Below are positions 61,701-64,000 of a DNA stretch of 64,000 bases, piece by piece. Origin of the DNA: Tubiluchus corallicola. Taxonomy: Eukaryota; Animalia; Priapulida. Position 1 is the stretch's first letter. Each line of letters opens with the position of its first letter. The stretch lies in contig JAQGDQ010000009.1 of the NCBI GenBank assembly GCA_030141605.1, positions 1,302,001 to 1,366,000 of the forward strand. The letters run 5' to 3'. The notes beneath the pieces were generated by a model. The model saw only the letters and a program-made list of their open reading frames with translations, was not told the DNA's origin and ran no database searches. A program made the translations under genes and the position numbers.

Positions 61701-63832
61701 GCTTGTACAATTAGCGATTATTAAGTAAAAATCAATAATGTTGTGTTATTTAGGCGCGAGCACCTAACTCTCCTGTGCTCATTATTGGCACTCACCTGGA
61801 CGAAGTCAAAGATAAGAAGTTTCCTCCGACATTTTCTGAAGATCTGCAGGCCCTTATCAAGGAGAAATTTATTAATGTGATAGATCCAGATAAGTTGGGT
61901 TTACCGCGTGTGCTGGGTACGATTGAGGTCAGCTGCAAGACTCGTCATAATATTAAACAGCTGTGTCAACTCATATATGATTCTGTTTTTGATCTGAGGG
62001 TTACAGGTATGTGCTTTTCCTTGCTAGAACAGTTTATTTGCACTAGTTTTTCATATTGAATAGACTGTCTGACATCTTTGGATAAACCAAATTTGGGTTT
62101 TTGATGGACTTAGAGTTAATTTCCTGACTAGATAAAGAGCAATATACTGCTAGAGATTATATGACTAAACTAAAATGAAACCGTATGCTTCGCCATGCAA
62201 GGGTCACTAAAAACAACCTGTATCTGATATCCTGAATTTAGAGGCCTAATGTACGCAAATGTACTAACAGCAATTGACATGTGAACCGTTTTTTACATGT
62301 AACATGATTCAGATGTGTGAGTCATTATTTGGGTTAAGTATTTCAAAAAGAAAACCAACCATTTTGAGTATTGTCCAAAAGCAGCAATCCTAGATTTAGT
62401 GGAGACATATTTTTAGCTCTAACTAGAAATATATTATTAAAAACTCTTTCGGTATAATAAACAAGCAATGGTCTTGGTCATAACTAAAGACTAGAACTTT
62501 ATTCTTAATTTTGCTCAACAAAATGGAAGTGCATGTTATATACAAAAAAACATTAAGTTTTATTAAAAATCGTGTTTTTATTTGTGTTACTAGGTAGATT
62601 ACTATGTTACTAGTTACTTTATTAGTAGGTAAAAATATTTTATGCACATTGTTTGTTTAGGTAGCAAAGAGCGACTGCTGGAGCAGAAAATTCCAGCAAC
62701 TTATCTTGCTTTGGAGGATGTCATCGGATTCTTGGTTGAAGAGCGAAGACAGAAGAAGAAAGATCCAGTCCTCCATGCTGAACAATATCGGTTTGTCACT
62801 AAAATCTTTTCTTTTTCTCCTGTAATGGAATTTTGAGCTAAGCTGCTGTACAGAAAAATGCATTAGAGGTGTTTGATTTTTCATATTTCCAACCAGCTGC
62901 TGATATTATTTTGTTCTTCTGTTTATATGTAATATATCTTTACATTTAGTATGCTGGTTATGCACGAGATGATGCAGCGATTTGGTATTTCATTCCGAGA
63001 TCTTGCTGAGCTTAATCAAGCCACATCATTTCTACATGAAAATGGTTAGTAGAATTCAAGTTATTAGAGCATTGGCAAAAACCAATTGGCAAGAACATTT
63101 CAATATGGTCTGGTTTGGTCAAGTTAATTTTTGTGCGGAAGTTTGTCCTTTGCTTCACCAGCTTTTTTCCCTTTTCTTCAAAATTGTGCTTTCTCTTGTA
63201 CCGCTTCCTGTCTCCATCCTGTCCATTTCCTGATGTTATCCAGCTAACACATTCTTTGTCTTCCTCTTCTCTTCTTTCCTTCTGCTCCCGAGAAAGTCAA
63301 GACCTACTTCTAAGTGTAGCCTCCTCCTTTCATCGCACATCTAAAATGTCTTTCTTACCTGTTTTTTTCTCGTTCTTTGAGAAAGCCGGAATCGATAATT
63401 TGATAGTACACAATATTGTGTAGGTAGTCATTGACTTACGACTTACGCAACTTACAACTTTAACCAGAACTTAATTAATTATACAAAACTAACTGTTATG
63501 ATAAGTTCTACCATAAGTGCTGTTTGTGCGTTCACACACTCAACATCTTACATGTAGGGTTGCACTGTTGGGTTCGATATGCGTCCTAATTGTCTTGCAG
63601 CCAATCAGCTAGAACCAGTTCGAGGTTGTGAGTCGATGACTACCTGTGTACTTATTTTCAAGTTTTTAAGAAACTATATATTCATATTATATTTTCATAT
63701 TAAATTTAGGAGTATTACTGCACTATGAAGATGCCACATTGAAAGACCTCTATTTCCTCGATCCTCAATGGTTGTGTGATATGCTTGCGCATGTAGTTAC
63801 AATACGTGAAATTAACCCTTTTGCAAAAAATG
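49709..63832 (+). CDS. LRRK1: Leucine-rich repeat Ser/Thr kinase (LRRK1/Lrrk-like ROCO protein): ankyrin repeats, LRRs, ROC GTPase, start of COR; 3'-incomplete in the window
   Basis: Phase-consistent exons: 49709-49831, 50187-50289, 50998-51038, 51418-51583, 52256-52415, 52624-52768, 52954-53069, 53882-54035, 54172-54395, 54650-54752, 54836-55010, 55151-55423, 55688-55890, 56333-56458, 56765-57059, 58209-58365, 58580-58665, 59171-59339, 59769-59983, 60138-60265, 60591-60773, 60918-61088, 61405-61527, 61754-62006, 62661-62790, 62950-63044, 63710-63832 (about 1413 aa). Signatures: LLHQAALWDN, TPLHLAA, LxxLDVSNNKL, RMKLMLVGVQGVGKTSL (P-loop), STVGVDV, WDFGGQREYYATHQYFL, IIGTHLD, FLHENGVLLHY, YFLDPQWLCDML. 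Confidence 0.95.
53273..53807. mobile_element. hAT-like MITE
   Basis: GAGTGATGGGGCGAAGT ... ACTTGTCCATCACTG termini with subterminal GAACTT/AAGTTC repeats. Confidence 0.55.
57359..58073 (+). mobile_element. Tigger-like MITE, family B copy 3
   Basis: CAGTAAGTCCTTGCTTAA ... TTAAGCAAGGGCTTACTG; long homology to the 46614 copy. Confidence 0.75.
58885..58908. repeat. (TA)n microsatellite
   Basis: Direct inspection. Confidence 0.9.
63160..63400 (-). mobile_element. RTE-type LINE 3' remnant
   Basis: Minus strand reads ...RGRQRMC*LDNIRKWTG..., the GxRxRGRPxxxWxDxIxxWTG tail of RTE ORF2. Confidence 0.6.
63421..63646. mobile_element. Tigger/pogo-like MITE, family A copy 2
   Basis: TAGGTAGTCATTGACTTACGAC ... 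GAGTCGATGACTACCTG; homologous to 6963-7239. Confidence 0.75.
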
Positions 63833-64000
63833 GTAAGGTATATTTCATCCGTAAACTCTTTATTTAATACCTTTAATTAATCAAAATTTTATAATCTCCT
63901 TAAATGTCTTTTCTTTTAAATGTATTTTGTGAAAGTTAATTGTCTTTTTTGTATTTGTGATATATGATTATGCCGTTTCTGTATTTTTGTTTCTATCACC

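Overview
Eukaryotic, AT-rich, intron-dense invertebrate (arthropod-like) genomic DNA. Three spliced protein-coding genes were reconstructed by hand, with reading phase consistent at every junction: (1) an ASK-family MAP3K (ASK1/MAP3K5/MAP3K15-like, + strand, 6224-28009, 30 core exons, about 1296 aa); (2) WDTC1/adipose (- strand, 42225-33028, 13 coding exons, about 699 aa), convergent with ASK; (3) an LRRK1/Lrrk-like ROCO kinase (+ strand, from 49709, 27 exons in the window: ANK-LRR-ROC-start of COR, running off the window end), divergent from WDTC1. Introns and intergenic DNA hold non-autonomous DNA transposons (Helitron, Tigger/pogo, Tc1/mariner, hAT-like, Ginger-like, foldback-like), LINE remnants and micro/minisatellites. 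The most interesting signal is a frame-preserving 18-nt candidate microexon inside the ASK 14-3-3 motif: skipping gives RSASVP, inclusion gives RSASECPDVSVP. Other highlights are further candidate microexons (one creates a stop codon at the splice junction), alternative post-SAM tails, and an ASK-WDTC1 convergent linkage recalling human WDTC1-MAP3K6. Most ORFs in the supplied track are exon-plus-intron read-throughs or noise. No prokaryotic systems, CRISPR arrays or structural RNA genes could be supported.
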